From: Deltaproteobacteria bacterium
Lineage (GTDB): Bacteria > Desulfobacterota > DSM-4660 > Desulfatiglandales > HGW-15
Reading direction: 5' to 3'
Length of the DNA stretch: 64,000 bases
NCBI GenBank assembly: GCA_016931115.1
Contig: JAFGFM010000037.1
Span: 27-64,026 of the forward strand
The notes under the pieces were generated by a model, which searched no databases, was not told where the DNA came from, and worked only from the letters and a program-made list of their open reading frames with translations. The translations under genes and the position numbers were made by a program. Position 1 is the stretch's first letter, and every line of letters begins with the position of its first letter. Below, piece by piece: positions 9,151-19,008 of the stretch.

Positions 9151-10356
9151 ATGAGAATACCGGATATCTTTTTATTCAGCTTCAAGGCCTCTTCAGGGCA
9201 TAAAACCAGGACAATCCTCATGCTGATTGCCATGTCCATAGGTGTGGCCTCGGTAATAATCTTTACCTCGTTAGGCGAGGGGGCAAAAAATTATGTCACA
9301 AGGGAGTTTTCATCACTTGGGACAAACCTCCTGATCATACTGCCGGGCAGGTCAGAGACAACCGGAGGTCCACCGCCCCTTCTGGGCCAGAACCCCAGGG
9401 ACCTTACCCTTGAGGATGCCATTGCCCTTACAAAGAGTTCTCATATCAGATATGTCGCACCCATAACAGTCGGTTCAGCGCCTGTATCTTATGGAGAAAA
9501 AGAGAGGGAGGTTATCATACTTGGCTCCACACCCAATATCTTTGAGGTAAGACAGCTTTCAACCGCGCAGGGAGAATTTCTGCCAGAGGGAGATCCCTCA
9601 AAAGGGGCCGCAATGTGTGTTATAGGCCATAAGCTTAAAAAGGAACTCTTCGGAAATATAACACCGCTGGGTGAGTGGGTGCGCATAGGTGACAGAAGGT
9701 TCAGGATTATTGGCGTTTTAGCAAAAAAGGGGCAGTCCCTGGGTATGGACATGAGTGATGTTGTAATCATACCTGTAGCATCTGCTCAGGCGCTTTTTAA
9801 TACATCGGCCCTTTTCAGGGTCATGGTTCAGGCAAGCGGGAATAAATCCATAGAAAAGGCAAAGGAGAGCATCATAAGGATCATCCGTGAAAGACATGAT
9901 AATGAGGATGATATCACAATCATAACGCAGGATGCCCTTCTTTCCACCTTTGACAGGATACTTACAACCCTTACCCTGAGTATAGCCGGTGTGGCCGCCA
10001 TAAGCCTTCTTGTTGCTGGGATACTTATCATGAACGTGATGCTGATAGCAGTTTCACAGAGGAGATCAGAGATCGGGCTGTTAAAATCCATAGGGGCAAC
10101 GAACAGCCAGGTGCTCGGGCTGTTTCTTGTGGAATCTGCCCTGTTATCATTTACCGGGGCCTTGCTTGGCATTATTGTCTCTTTCATTGTCATCTGGGTC
10201 TTTATGCGCATGGTGCCTGCATTTCCTGTAACTATTCCTGTATGGGGCGTTTCAGCCGCAGTCGGAATAGCGCTCTCTGCGGGGATAGTATTTGGTATAA
10301 TGCCGGCAAGACGTGCATCTATGCTTAATCCAGTTGATGCGTTATCAAGGAGGTAG
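9151..10356 (+). CDS. ABC transporter permease (FtsX/MacB periplasmic-domain type)
   Basis: 401 aa with an N-terminal TM helix, a large periplasmic domain and a C-terminal FtsX-like 3-TM bundle. Confidence 0.85.
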   Translation: MRIPDIFLFSFKASSGHKTRTILMLIAMSIGVASVIIFTSLGEGAKNYVTREFSSLGTNLLIILPGRSETTGGPPPLLGQNPRDLTLEDAIALTKSSHIRYVAPITVGSAPVSYGEKEREVIILGSTPNIFEVRQLSTAQGEFLPEGDPSKGAAMCVIGHKLKKELFGNITPLGEWVRIGDRRFRIIGVLAKKGQSLGMDMSDVVIIPVASAQALFNTSALFRVMVQASGNKSIEKAKESIIRIIRERHDNEDDITIITQDALLSTFDRILTTLTLSIAGVAAISLLVAGILIMNVMLIAVSQRRSEIGLLKSIGATNSQVLGLFLVESALLSFTGALLGIIVSFIVIWVFMRMVPAFPVTIPVWGVSAAVGIALSAGIVFGIMPARRASMLNPVDALSRR

Positions 10357-10360
10357 GCGG

Positions 10361-11560
10361 TTGTATATAAAGGATTCCATAATGCTTTCATTGGGGGCGC
10401 TTAAAGACCAGCGGATGAGGAGCTTCTTGACTGCTATGGGTATTGCAGTGGGTATTGCCTCAGTAGTGCTTCTTACATCCCTTGGGGAGGGGCTGCACAG
10501 GTTTGTCATGGCCGAATTTACACAATTCGGGACCAATATAATTGCAGTCAACCCCGGCAAGACAGAGACAATCGGTATGGCAGGTGCAATCATCAACAAT
10601 GTGCGTCCTCTTACTATGGAAGATGCCCTTTCACTTGAAACTGTTCCAAAGGTCGAAGGGGTGATCCCCTTTGTCCAGGGCAATGCCCCGGTTGAATATG
10701 AAGGCAGGATCAGGCATACAAATCTCTTTGGTGTTGGGCCAAAGGTGCCGGAGGTCTGGAGAATAGGGGTGGCTGTCGGGAGATTCCTGCCTGATGATGA
10801 TCCAAGGACGCCCAGGGCCTTTGTGGCCATTGGCAGCAAGGTAAGAACAGAGCTCTTCGGGGATATAAACCCTTTAGGTAAAAAGGTAAGAATCGGCGGC
10901 GAGCGTTATATTGTTTCAGGGGTAATGGAGCCCAAAGGGCAGATGCTTGGGTTTGATCTTGATGATGCCGTGTACATACCAACGCGCAGGGCGCTCGCCA
11001 TGTATAACCGTGACAGCCTTATGGAGATAGATCTTCTATATAAGGAGGGAAGTGATCCTGACAAAATAGTAAAGGATATAAAAAAGATGCTGATAGCAAG
11101 GCACGGGTCTGAGGATTTCACCCTGACAACGCAGGAGCAGATGATGAAGGTGCTCGGGTCAATACTGAATGTGCTGACAATAGCTGTAGGCGCCCTTGGA
11201 GGCATCTCCCTTGTTGTAGGTGGTGTGGGCATACTTACAATTATGACTATTGCAGTACATGAAAGGACAACAGAGATAGGGCTGTTAAGGGCAATCGGGG
11301 CCGGCAGGTGGCAGATACTTGCGGTTTTTCTTGGTGAGGCTGTTGCGCTTTCCGGCCTTGGGGGGCTTGCAGGCCTGATAATGGGCACTGCTGGTGCTGT
11401 GCTTATAAACCTGTTTGTGCCTGCCATGCATACCCATACCCCCTGGACATATGTGCTGCTCTCAGAGCTTACCGCAGTGCTCATAGGCCTTATGGCAGGT
11501 GTGTTGCCTGCAAGGCATGCGGCCATGCTTGACCCCATAGAGGCATTGCGGGCGGAATAA
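10361..11560 (+). CDS. ABC transporter permease (FtsX-like), second paralogue
   Basis: Same architecture as the previous gene. I place the start at TTG 10361, 7 nt after AGGAGG (10348-10353), which gives an N-terminus parallel to the paralogue. Confidence 0.8.
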   Translation: MYIKDSIMLSLGALKDQRMRSFLTAMGIAVGIASVVLLTSLGEGLHRFVMAEFTQFGTNIIAVNPGKTETIGMAGAIINNVRPLTMEDALSLETVPKVEGVIPFVQGNAPVEYEGRIRHTNLFGVGPKVPEVWRIGVAVGRFLPDDDPRTPRAFVAIGSKVRTELFGDINPLGKKVRIGGERYIVSGVMEPKGQMLGFDLDDAVYIPTRRALAMYNRDSLMEIDLLYKEGSDPDKIVKDIKKMLIARHGSEDFTLTTQEQMMKVLGSILNVLTIAVGALGGISLVVGGVGILTIMTIAVHERTTEIGLLRAIGAGRWQILAVFLGEAVALSGLGGLAGLIMGTAGAVLINLFVPAMHTHTPWTYVLLSELTAVLIGLMAGVLPARHAAMLDPIEALRAE

Positions 11561-11567
11561 GCATTGC

Positions 11568-11634
11568 GGGCGGACACGCAGGTCCGCCCCTACAGGGTAT
11601 AAATAAGTGTAGGGGCAGACCTGTGTGTCTGCCC
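11568..11634. repeat. REP-like hairpin pair
   Basis: 11568-11593 is gggcggacacgcaggtccgcccctac and 11609-11634 is gtaggggcagacctgtgtgtctgccc. Confidence 0.8.
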
Positions 11635-11656
11635 ATTCTTTACGCCTTGATCTTCC

Positions 11657-12364
11657 TTATTCAATCAACTCCCTGATGCTGCTAACAATCCTGTCCGGCT
11701 TTATTTCCGAATCTTCAGGTAACCCTCTTTTTCTGAAATCATTCCATATGCCGAATATTCCTATCTTCTGAGGTCCTGCCACATCCCATTCAAGGTTATC
11801 CCCTGCTGCCCAGCATTCAATAGGGCTTAGATCCAACCCCTCAAGGGCCTTGATAAACACCCTTTCATCAGGTTTACCAAAGCCCTGTTCACCTTCAATA
11901 AGGATTACTGAAAAATACTTTTCAAGGTTGAATCTCCTTATCTTCTCTCTCTGTTTTATGGTTTCACCATTTGTCATAAGCGCAAGCTTAACACTTTTTT
12001 TAACAAGGTAGTCCAGCGTTTCCACGGCCCCATCAAATAGATAAAGCCCCTCCTCCTTTCTCAGTTGAAAGGTCTCGCCGATCTTATGGGCAAGGGAGAT
12101 ATCATCCACTCCAAGCCTTTCAAAGACCATCTCCAGAATAACCCTTCTGGCCCTGTTCAGGTCACTGCGTCCTATCCTGTGTGTTTCAGGGTCATCCCAG
12201 TACCAGCCGCTTACCTCTTTTATTGTCATGTAAAGCGATTCAGGTTTAAGTTTATCATTTTCTCTTGCAAATTCCCCGCACACCTCTTTCCATATGGCCT
12301 TTGAATTTGCGCTGTAGGCAATAATGGTATCATCAAGATCAAATAAGATTCCTTTTGGCAGCAT
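11657..12364 (-). CDS. HAD-superfamily hydrolase
   Basis: DxDxT motif (FDLDDTII) near the N-terminus and GDN..D near the C-terminus. I prefer the ATG at 12364 (GGAG upstream) over the TTG at 12382. Confidence 0.8.
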   Translation of the reverse strand: MLPKGILFDLDDTIIAYSANSKAIWKEVCGEFARENDKLKPESLYMTIKEVSGWYWDDPETHRIGRSDLNRARRVILEMVFERLGVDDISLAHKIGETFQLRKEEGLYLFDGAVETLDYLVKKSVKLALMTNGETIKQREKIRRFNLEKYFSVILIEGEQGFGKPDERVFIKALEGLDLSPIECWAAGDNLEWDVAGPQKIGIFGIWNDFRKRGLPEDSEIKPDRIVSSIRELIE

Positions 12365-12425
12365 GTTTACTCCAGTATTCAATTGCTCAGTTAGTAATAT
12401 GATTGTTCTATTACAAATTTAGAAA

Positions 12426-12555
12426 GGGTTCAAGGGGTCGAGGGGTCAAAAATTTCCATTTTCAGAGAAAAATCAGGCTTTGACATTTTATATGAAACTG
12501 CTAGTATCCAGCAAGTTTTGATTTTCCTTGCGCCTTGAACCTTGAGCCTTGCGCC
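12426..12555. repeat. Inverted pair of purine-rich AAGG(C/T)GCAAGG-type repeats flanking a promoter-like core
   Basis: The left arm is 12426-12449 (gggttcaaggggtcgaggggtcaa). The right arm is 12526-12555 (ccttgcgccttgaaccttgagccttgcgcc), which is the complement type. Confidence 0.6.
12480..12507 (+). promoter_or_regulatory. Sigma-70-like promoter (TTGACA-16-TAGTAT)
   Basis: TTGACA at 12480-12485 and TAGTAT at 12502-12507, about 124 nt upstream of the ABC-2 ATPase start. Confidence 0.45.
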
Positions 12556-12630
12556 TGTTTGAATAATATGACAGATGCGCAAAGATTTTGAAGTCTTTAA
12601 CTATATATAATTTTACACAGGAAATCTCCC

Positions 12631-13554
12631 ATGCCAGCACTGGAAGTTAGAAAACTCACGAAAATGTTTGATCTCCTTAAGGCTGTGGATACTGCCTCAT
12701 TCGAGGTACCGGAAGGATCCATATTCGGTCTTATAGGACGTAATGGAGCAGGAAAAACCACAACCATCCGCATGCTCATGAATATTTACATGCCTACATC
12801 AGGGGAGATACTCTTCAGGGGCAGACCTGTTGACCATGAGTTTCGTGCAAGGGTGGGTTACCTCCCTGAAGAAAGAGGACTCTATAAAAAAATGAAGGTG
12901 CTTGAAACCATTCTCTTTTTTGCGGAACTCAAGGGTTTAAAGGGGAAGGATGCGACAAAAAAGGCAAAGGAATACCTTGAAAGATTCGAACTTACAGGCC
13001 GTATCAATTCAAAGCTGGAGACCCTTTCAAAGGGTAATCAGCAGAAGGTACAGTTTATCTCCACTATCATCCATGACCCTGATTTTATAGTGCTGGACGA
13101 ACCCTTTTCAGGGCTTGACCCTATTAATACAAACCTGCTCAAGGAGATCATCCTTGAAAAAAAAAGGGATGGTAAGGTAATAATCTTTTCCACCCACCTT
13201 ATGGATTTTGCTGAAAGGCTATGTGATAACATCGCCATGATCGATAAGGGAAAGATAATTTTAAACGGTGATCTCAACACTATAAAGGCCGATTTTTCAA
13301 AGAACAATGTGAAGCTTACATATGAAGGGGATATATTTTTCCTCGATAACCATCCAATTATTGATCATATATCGGATTTCGGGAATAGTGTCGGCATATC
13401 CCTTAATAACCCTGGTCAGACGCAGGAGCTGTTAAGGCTGCTCATTGAGCATAATGTAAAGATAATCAGTTTTGACAGCGCCAATATCTCCCTTAACGAA
13501 ATATTCATAAAACTTGCCGGAAGCCCTGCAAAGGAGGACCTGAACCTTGCCTAG
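12631..13554 (+). CDS. ABC-2-type transporter ATP-binding protein (NatA-like)
   Basis: Walker A GRNGAGKTT, signature LSKGNQQKV, Walker B FIVLDEP. Confidence 0.9.
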   Translation: MPALEVRKLTKMFDLLKAVDTASFEVPEGSIFGLIGRNGAGKTTTIRMLMNIYMPTSGEILFRGRPVDHEFRARVGYLPEERGLYKKMKVLETILFFAELKGLKGKDATKKAKEYLERFELTGRINSKLETLSKGNQQKVQFISTIIHDPDFIVLDEPFSGLDPINTNLLKEIILEKKRDGKVIIFSTHLMDFAERLCDNIAMIDKGKIILNGDLNTIKADFSKNNVKLTYEGDIFFLDNHPIIDHISDFGNSVGISLNNPGQTQELLRLLIEHNVKIISFDSANISLNEIFIKLAGSPAKEDLNLA

Positions 13555-14812
13555 CTACAGAATACTATCCGTTATAAAAAGGGAGTTGCGTGAAAAACTC
13601 ATGTCCAAGTCTTTTATATTCATGACCATACTGATGCCGGCGATAATGCTGATCATAATGGGTTTTCAGGCGCTCATGGTGCTTTATCAGGGGGACAAGG
13701 GCACAAAGATAGAGGTTGTTACAGAGTCCGCTATCCTGACTGAAGAATGCAGAAAGGTCTTTTCAGAGCTTGAATTTATTAAGGAAGGTTCGTGGACAAT
13801 CACCTATAACACTGTACCATTGAAGGAAATCAAGGGGTATGTGGACAGTAAAAAGAGTGAACTCCTAAAGGAACTTACCGGCATCATTTTTATTCCTGAT
13901 AAGGCTTTGATAGATAAGAATGTGGAGTATTATGCTAATATACCTAATAAACTCTCTGTATTTGAAAAGATGAACGGACCTGTAAACAATGTCCTGATTG
14001 ATCAATATTTTAAAGAAAAAACTCTTTCACCGGAAGAGCTCAACTTTGTCAGAAGATCTGTAAAATTCAACAATTTCAAGGTCTCAAAGGAGGATAAAAT
14101 AGAGGAACAGGGCATTGGCAATATGATTTTTTCGTTTGTGTTCGCATTCTTACTCTATCTAAGCCTGATTATGACAGGGACAATGACCATGTCATCTGTC
14201 ATGGAAGAAAAGACCAGCAAGGTTGTGGAGGTACTTCTTTCAAGCGTAAGCAGCAAGGAACTCATGGCGGGCAAGATAATCGGCAGCACTATCACAGCCC
14301 TTGTCCAGATGATAATATGGCTATCGCCCATGATCATACTTATTGCTACCTCCTGGATAACTTTACCGGTCAAGTTTAAATTTGATATTGGTCTGGGTTA
14401 TCTTGTCTACTTTCTGTTTAATTTTTCCATTGGCATGCTGATATTTCAGGGGTTGTTTGCAATGGTTGGGGCTATATTCAATGACCCCCAGGAGGCTCAG
14501 CAGGGTGTATTTCCGGTAATCTTTCTTATTATGATACCATTTTTTATTACATTCTCGATGCTGCGAAATCCGGATAACCAGTTGGCTGTTGTAGCATCAT
14601 ACTTTCCCTTTGCAACTATCATAGTAATGCCATGCAGGTATACCCTTGTTGATATGTCCTTTATATACCCCCTTATCTCATGCCTTATAAACATTGCCAC
14701 ACTGGCAATAATTATCCCGGTTGCAGGCAAGGTATACAGGGTGGGTATCCTTAGGACCGGAACAAAGCCGGGCTTAAAAGAGGTTATGAGGTGGGTTAAG
14801 GCAAAGGGTTAA
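13547..14812 (+). CDS. ABC-2-type transporter permease (NatB-like)
   Basis: 421 aa with an N-terminal TM helix, a large extracytoplasmic loop and a C-terminal multi-TM bundle. TTG start 9 nt after AAGGAGG. Confidence 0.8.
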   Translation: MPSYRILSVIKRELREKLMSKSFIFMTILMPAIMLIIMGFQALMVLYQGDKGTKIEVVTESAILTEECRKVFSELEFIKEGSWTITYNTVPLKEIKGYVDSKKSELLKELTGIIFIPDKALIDKNVEYYANIPNKLSVFEKMNGPVNNVLIDQYFKEKTLSPEELNFVRRSVKFNNFKVSKEDKIEEQGIGNMIFSFVFAFLLYLSLIMTGTMTMSSVMEEKTSKVVEVLLSSVSSKELMAGKIIGSTITALVQMIIWLSPMIILIATSWITLPVKFKFDIGLGYLVYFLFNFSIGMLIFQGLFAMVGAIFNDPQEAQQGVFPVIFLIMIPFFITFSMLRNPDNQLAVVASYFPFATIIVMPCRYTLVDMSFIYPLISCLINIATLAIIIPVAGKVYRVGILRTGTKPGLKEVMRWVKAKG

Positions 14813-14827
14813 ATTTTTAACATCTGT

Positions 14828-15649
14828 TCAGGGCCAGACATTACCCCGCCTTTTCTGTCTGGCCATTTCCCATAGTTTATCATTATTACCCTTTTCAAAT
14901 ATACATTCCGGCATGGGGCACATGACCATGTGTTCTTCATGGTTCCTGATTATCCGGTTTATCCTTTCTTGGGGCCATGCCCTGTCCCAGCCCAGGCCAA
15001 GGTCTTCATCAACCAGGATAACATAAATTTTTGTATGGGGCGGGCTGGATTCGATAATGCTTGTAACAGCACAAGCCCTTTGAGGGCCGATACAGTCATG
15101 ACAGTATCCTGTTTTTGTGCATGGGGAAGGAGCTCCTTTTCTTTTGAGATGTTCCGGGGCGATCACATTTTTCACCCTATCCATCCCTTCTTCAAGGTCT
15201 TTGACGATTTTATTTTGACCCATAACCAAGATAGTAATGGGGTGACCCCAGATCATACCGGCTACCCTGTTCCCATTGCCATCCACATTTATTATGCGGC
15301 CATCCTCTGTAATGGCGTTTGAGCCGGTAAGATAAGCATCACACACTGTGGCCTCGATCATTGGCCAGAACCCATTTTCAAAATGGGATTTTAGATCATG
15401 GATTTTTTTACCGGGATCAAACCCGTTTATTACCCTGTTCCCTCTTTCCTCAAGGGCGGAAAGTACCTGTATCTGCCGCACACTGGATGAGTCACCTATG
15501 CCAATTACAGCGCCCTCTGGCACAATATCCAATATCAGCTTCCTGGCATGCGCTGCATCTACTGCCGCAAGGCCTGTGATTTTGCGATTTTTTAATGCCT
15601 CGACCACCTTTCCTATAACAGGGTTTGTTGTTTGTATGATGTTACTCAT
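14828..15649 (-). CDS. LUD (DUF162, lactate-utilisation B/C-like) domain protein
   Basis: 273 aa. The N-terminal pattern (..IGIGDSSSVRQ..) and overall length fit the LUD family. Assigned from memory of that family. Confidence 0.55.
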   Translation of the reverse strand: MSNIIQTTNPVIGKVVEALKNRKITGLAAVDAAHARKLILDIVPEGAVIGIGDSSSVRQIQVLSALEERGNRVINGFDPGKKIHDLKSHFENGFWPMIEATVCDAYLTGSNAITEDGRIINVDGNGNRVAGMIWGHPITILVMGQNKIVKDLEEGMDRVKNVIAPEHLKRKGAPSPCTKTGYCHDCIGPQRACAVTSIIESSPPHTKIYVILVDEDLGLGWDRAWPQERINRIIRNHEEHMVMCPMPECIFEKGNNDKLWEMARQKRRGNVWP

Positions 15650-15660
15650 GGTATCCCCTT

Positions 15661-17823
15661 TTAATTATGTGATGGCACATTTTTAATCCATGGCATCATT
15701 GATTCTATACCGCCATAATATTTTTCAAAAGTCGGATAATAGGGGTTTGAATAGAATACCTTTTGCTGTTCAGAAGGCAATGGCGTACCAAAGAATACCA
15801 TATTTGAAAAATCTACAAGGTTCTGCATCTGAGTGTCGCTCTGCCAGTGTCCATCACCAAAGCCATACGGGTTTTTCTCACCGGTTGTTCTTATGTTCAA
15901 CCCGAGCATCTTTTCTGCATTCAAGAATTTATAGACAGGTTTAGCACCTTCAAGCCCTATTGCATCACCTTCCGCATTATTTGCGTAATCATCTGTTGCT
16001 GTGGTAATGAGTACAGCCCTCGGTGCAATGGCAGCTAATATCTCATGGTGATCATATGGAAGCATTTCACCATAACCATGGGTTGTGGTTTCATATATCC
16101 TGGGGTAATTAAGAAATCTCGCAAGCATCTCATTTGAGTTATGGCCCTGGTGCCTTATCTTGTCGGGAAGCACCTCATTCCCGGGTGAAACACCCCACAC
16201 ATATTCATTACCGGAGGAGATATAACGATATACTGCCGCACCCCCGCATCCTGATGCACCAGGGCTGACAACCTTAAAGCGGTTATCGAATAAACCCGCT
16301 GCAAGGGCAGCCTTTCCGCACCTTGAAAAACCTGTTACAACAAGTTTATTCAGGTCAATCTTACCTTTTATTTCAGGATTATTTTTATCAAGATATTCGA
16401 GTGCATCCACCCCGCGGCTTGCTGCCCACGCCCAGGCGAGCAAGGTGCCTGCATCATTCCCTGTTGTGACATCATAGGGATATAATGAATAGAATGCACC
16501 TTTATGCTCATAATCATCACTTGCAGCGCTTGAATAGGTAATGCTGAGCACTGCATACCCGGACTTGAGAAATATTTCATTGGGTTTCATGGGCCAGAAA
16601 TCAATGCTCACAATAACCGGGTATGGGCCTTCCTTACCGCACTGTTCCACTGTGGGCAGGGTAAGGAGCCCTGTAATGGTAACGGTCTTACCATTATCAG
16701 TTACAGTTATTTCTATACCTTTGTCAGTTAACCTTGCAGTCACACTGTCAGGTTTACCCGGCATAGAACCATATTCATAATACTGGGCAAGCTCCTTTAT
16801 CTCATCCCTGCGCATGTCCCACTCTTCTCTTGATTTAACTTTTGAACCATTAAAAAAGGTGAATGGGTCAGGCAGTGTTTTAATTTCAGGCAAATCCATA
16901 GGATCAGGAAATTTGCCCTTCCTTCGCAGGTTCTTTAAAGCAGCATCAAGAATATTGCTGCATCTGTCTATCTCGGACTGATCCGCTGACATGACCCCAT
17001 TTTTTGCAGATGCAAGTGCATCGTTCAGCTCTGTTTCGGTTTTCCAGATACCTTTTGGAAGGGCTTCAGCCTTTTTGATATTTTTATTCAGGATATATGT
17101 ATCAGGTGCGAGTGGTGATTTTTCATCATGACCTGCAAGGGTAACGACACCCCATCTCCTGTTGTCATCAAGCCCTCTGTTATTCCCATCACTCCAGAAT
17201 ATCCAGCTCATACATTTTTTTGTTGATGAAGACGCATCACTTATTGAAAACTCTATCCCAATTGGGGTGTTGTTTTTTATCGGGATGCCACCTATAAATA
17301 GAGCCAGTTCGACCTTATAACCAACCTGCTTATCGTTACTGTCATAAGAGGGTGCGACTGCAAACTCCTTCACTCTTTCCTGATATGCGCCTTTCCCGGA
17401 AATAGCCCCGTTTGCGGTAATACAAATCTGCCAGTCATCTTCAAGGTATTTATCGTTTTTATCATTATAAAGATCAAAATATATCTCAACACCATCATTA
17501 TCAGCAGGCATTCGGCCTTTTGTAAAGATATCCGGGTCTATCACTTCAATAAGCAGATAAAGAGCCACCCCGTCCCAGAGTGAGCTTGCCCTGCCTGATA
17601 CAGAACAATCTGTGGATGCTGCTTTAAGATCACAGGACATAGCAGTTTTGATTTCAGATTGTGCTGCATTGCGCCACACAGGGTCTATCTTGCCGTCAAT
17701 ATTTACAGCAGAAGGGGTGAACTGTGAAATAAGCGTTTTTCCTTTAAAGGTGTCAGCAGGTGTATTTGTAGACAAAAGAGTAACTATAGAGAAGAGCATA
17801 AACTTTAGATAAAATGGCTTCAT
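15661..17823 (-). CDS. Secreted CBM9-like domain plus CE15 glucuronoyl-esterase-like alpha/beta hydrolase
   Basis: Signal peptide, a DGKIDPVWRNA.. CBM9-like N-terminal domain, and a nucleophile motif TGFSRCGKAAL resembling the CE15 G-x-S-R-x-G motif. Confidence 0.5.
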   Translation of the reverse strand: MKPFYLKFMLFSIVTLLSTNTPADTFKGKTLISQFTPSAVNIDGKIDPVWRNAAQSEIKTAMSCDLKAASTDCSVSGRASSLWDGVALYLLIEVIDPDIFTKGRMPADNDGVEIYFDLYNDKNDKYLEDDWQICITANGAISGKGAYQERVKEFAVAPSYDSNDKQVGYKVELALFIGGIPIKNNTPIGIEFSISDASSSTKKCMSWIFWSDGNNRGLDDNRRWGVVTLAGHDEKSPLAPDTYILNKNIKKAEALPKGIWKTETELNDALASAKNGVMSADQSEIDRCSNILDAALKNLRRKGKFPDPMDLPEIKTLPDPFTFFNGSKVKSREEWDMRRDEIKELAQYYEYGSMPGKPDSVTARLTDKGIEITVTDNGKTVTITGLLTLPTVEQCGKEGPYPVIVSIDFWPMKPNEIFLKSGYAVLSITYSSAASDDYEHKGAFYSLYPYDVTTGNDAGTLLAWAWAASRGVDALEYLDKNNPEIKGKIDLNKLVVTGFSRCGKAALAAGLFDNRFKVVSPGASGCGGAAVYRYISSGNEYVWGVSPGNEVLPDKIRHQGHNSNEMLARFLNYPRIYETTTHGYGEMLPYDHHEILAAIAPRAVLITTATDDYANNAEGDAIGLEGAKPVYKFLNAEKMLGLNIRTTGEKNPYGFGDGHWQSDTQMQNLVDFSNMVFFGTPLPSEQQKVFYSNPYYPTFEKYYGGIESMMPWIKNVPSHN

Positions 17824-17946
17824 ATATCCACGCCTCCTTTTTGATATTATGAGTCTGAAAAGTTGTGAAAAATAAAAAATTCACTCTTGTTAAAAAACAT
17901 AATGGCATTATTTTTCTAAATAAATAATTGTGCATCCTTTAGTAGA

Positions 17947-17984
17947 GACAAGGCATGCCTTGTCTCTACTAAAGAAAACATCAA
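17947..17984. repeat. Perfect 38-nt palindrome
   Basis: ctttagtagagacaaggca|tgccttgtctctactaaag. The two 19-nt arms are exactly complementary. Confidence 0.9.
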
Positions 17985-18001
17985 TAAGATGAAAAAAACG
18001 C

Positions 18002-18040
18002 ACGGGAGACATCTAAAATCTGCCGTGCGTTCATGTGCCA
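18002..18040 (-). terminator. Rho-independent terminator of hflKC
   Basis: Stem ACGCACGG/CCGTGCGT (18008-18015 / 18033-18040), followed on the minus strand by a 7-T run (the A-run at 18002-18008). Confidence 0.75.
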
Positions 18041-18069
18041 TCTTACAGGCCGCTCACCTGAAAGGGTTA

Positions 18070-19008
18070 CTAATCTTTATAACCCTTAAAGTATTTCAAA
18101 AATTCAGAGTCCGTTGATAGTATGAGTGAACTCTCTTTATCAAGGCTCTGTTTGTAGATATCAAGGGTCTGCACAAAGGAATAAAACTCAGGGTCTTTGC
18201 CAAATGCCTGGGCATAGATCTGTGTTGCCTCGGCATCTGCCTTACCCTTGATCTCCTGTGAAGTCCTGTACGCCTCTGAAGTGATCTTCTTCATCTCCTT
18301 TTCCCTGTCGCCCTCAATCTTTCTCGCCTCACCCTGGCCTTCAGACCTGAATTTTTCCGCGATCTGTTTTCTTTCTGCGATCATCCTTCCAAAGACAGAA
18401 TCCTGGACACCCTCTTCATAATTTATTCTTTTAATCTTTACATCAACAAGCTCTATTCCAAACTCTGTAAGCTTTGGCTGCGCCTCATTGAGTATTCTTT
18501 TAGTTATCTCTTCCCTGCCTGTTTTAACGCTGCCGATAGCTGGATTGCCCTGCCCGCCGGTAAGGCTGGTGTCAATTTCATCCATCTCCAGTTTGCGGTC
18601 AGTGTTTCTGACTGCTTCAAGCAACGGATTGGAGGTTATTGCGTTCCGGATTGTAGAGTTGATTATATCATTTAACCTGGCGATTGCGGCATTTTCATTG
18701 TTGAGTGTCTGAAAAAATTTAAGCGGATCAACTATTTTCCAGCGTGCAAAGGAGTCTACCCAGATAAATGTCTTGTCAAGGGTAGGTATCTGGTTAGGAT
18801 CAGCGTCCCATTCAAGAAGGTTTTTAGGAAATACTGTTGCCGTATAATATGGTATCTTGAATTTCAGGCCAGGTTCCCTTATGGATTCACCTATGGGCTT
18901 TCCAAACTGTGTAATAACCACCTGTTCTGTTTCATCAACCACGTAAAAAGAGTTGTAACCGATTATGAATAAAACAACTAATACTATAATATAAGGTCCT
19001 GTTTTCAC
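18070..19008 (-). CDS. hflC: Protease modulator HflC (SPFH/band-7)
   Basis: 312 aa with an N-terminal anchor and SPFH domain. It overlaps hflK by 4 nt. Confidence 0.85.
   Translation of the reverse strand: MKTGPYIIVLVVLFIIGYNSFYVVDETEQVVITQFGKPIGESIREPGLKFKIPYYTATVFPKNLLEWDADPNQIPTLDKTFIWVDSFARWKIVDPLKFFQTLNNENAAIARLNDIINSTIRNAITSNPLLEAVRNTDRKLEMDEIDTSLTGGQGNPAIGSVKTGREEITKRILNEAQPKLTEFGIELVDVKIKRINYEEGVQDSVFGRMIAERKQIAEKFRSEGQGEARKIEGDREKEMKKITSEAYRTSQEIKGKADAEATQIYAQAFGKDPEFYSFVQTLDIYKQSLDKESSLILSTDSEFLKYFKGYKD

Noticed and set aside
9828-11577. Long minus-strand ORFs (9828-10391, 10345-10839, 10906-11577). Similar shadow ORFs occur at 36482-37399, 45677-46072 and 48350-48949.
   Set aside because: They lie antisense to well-supported genes with clear motifs, and their peptides are low-complexity. 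These are typical shadow ORFs.
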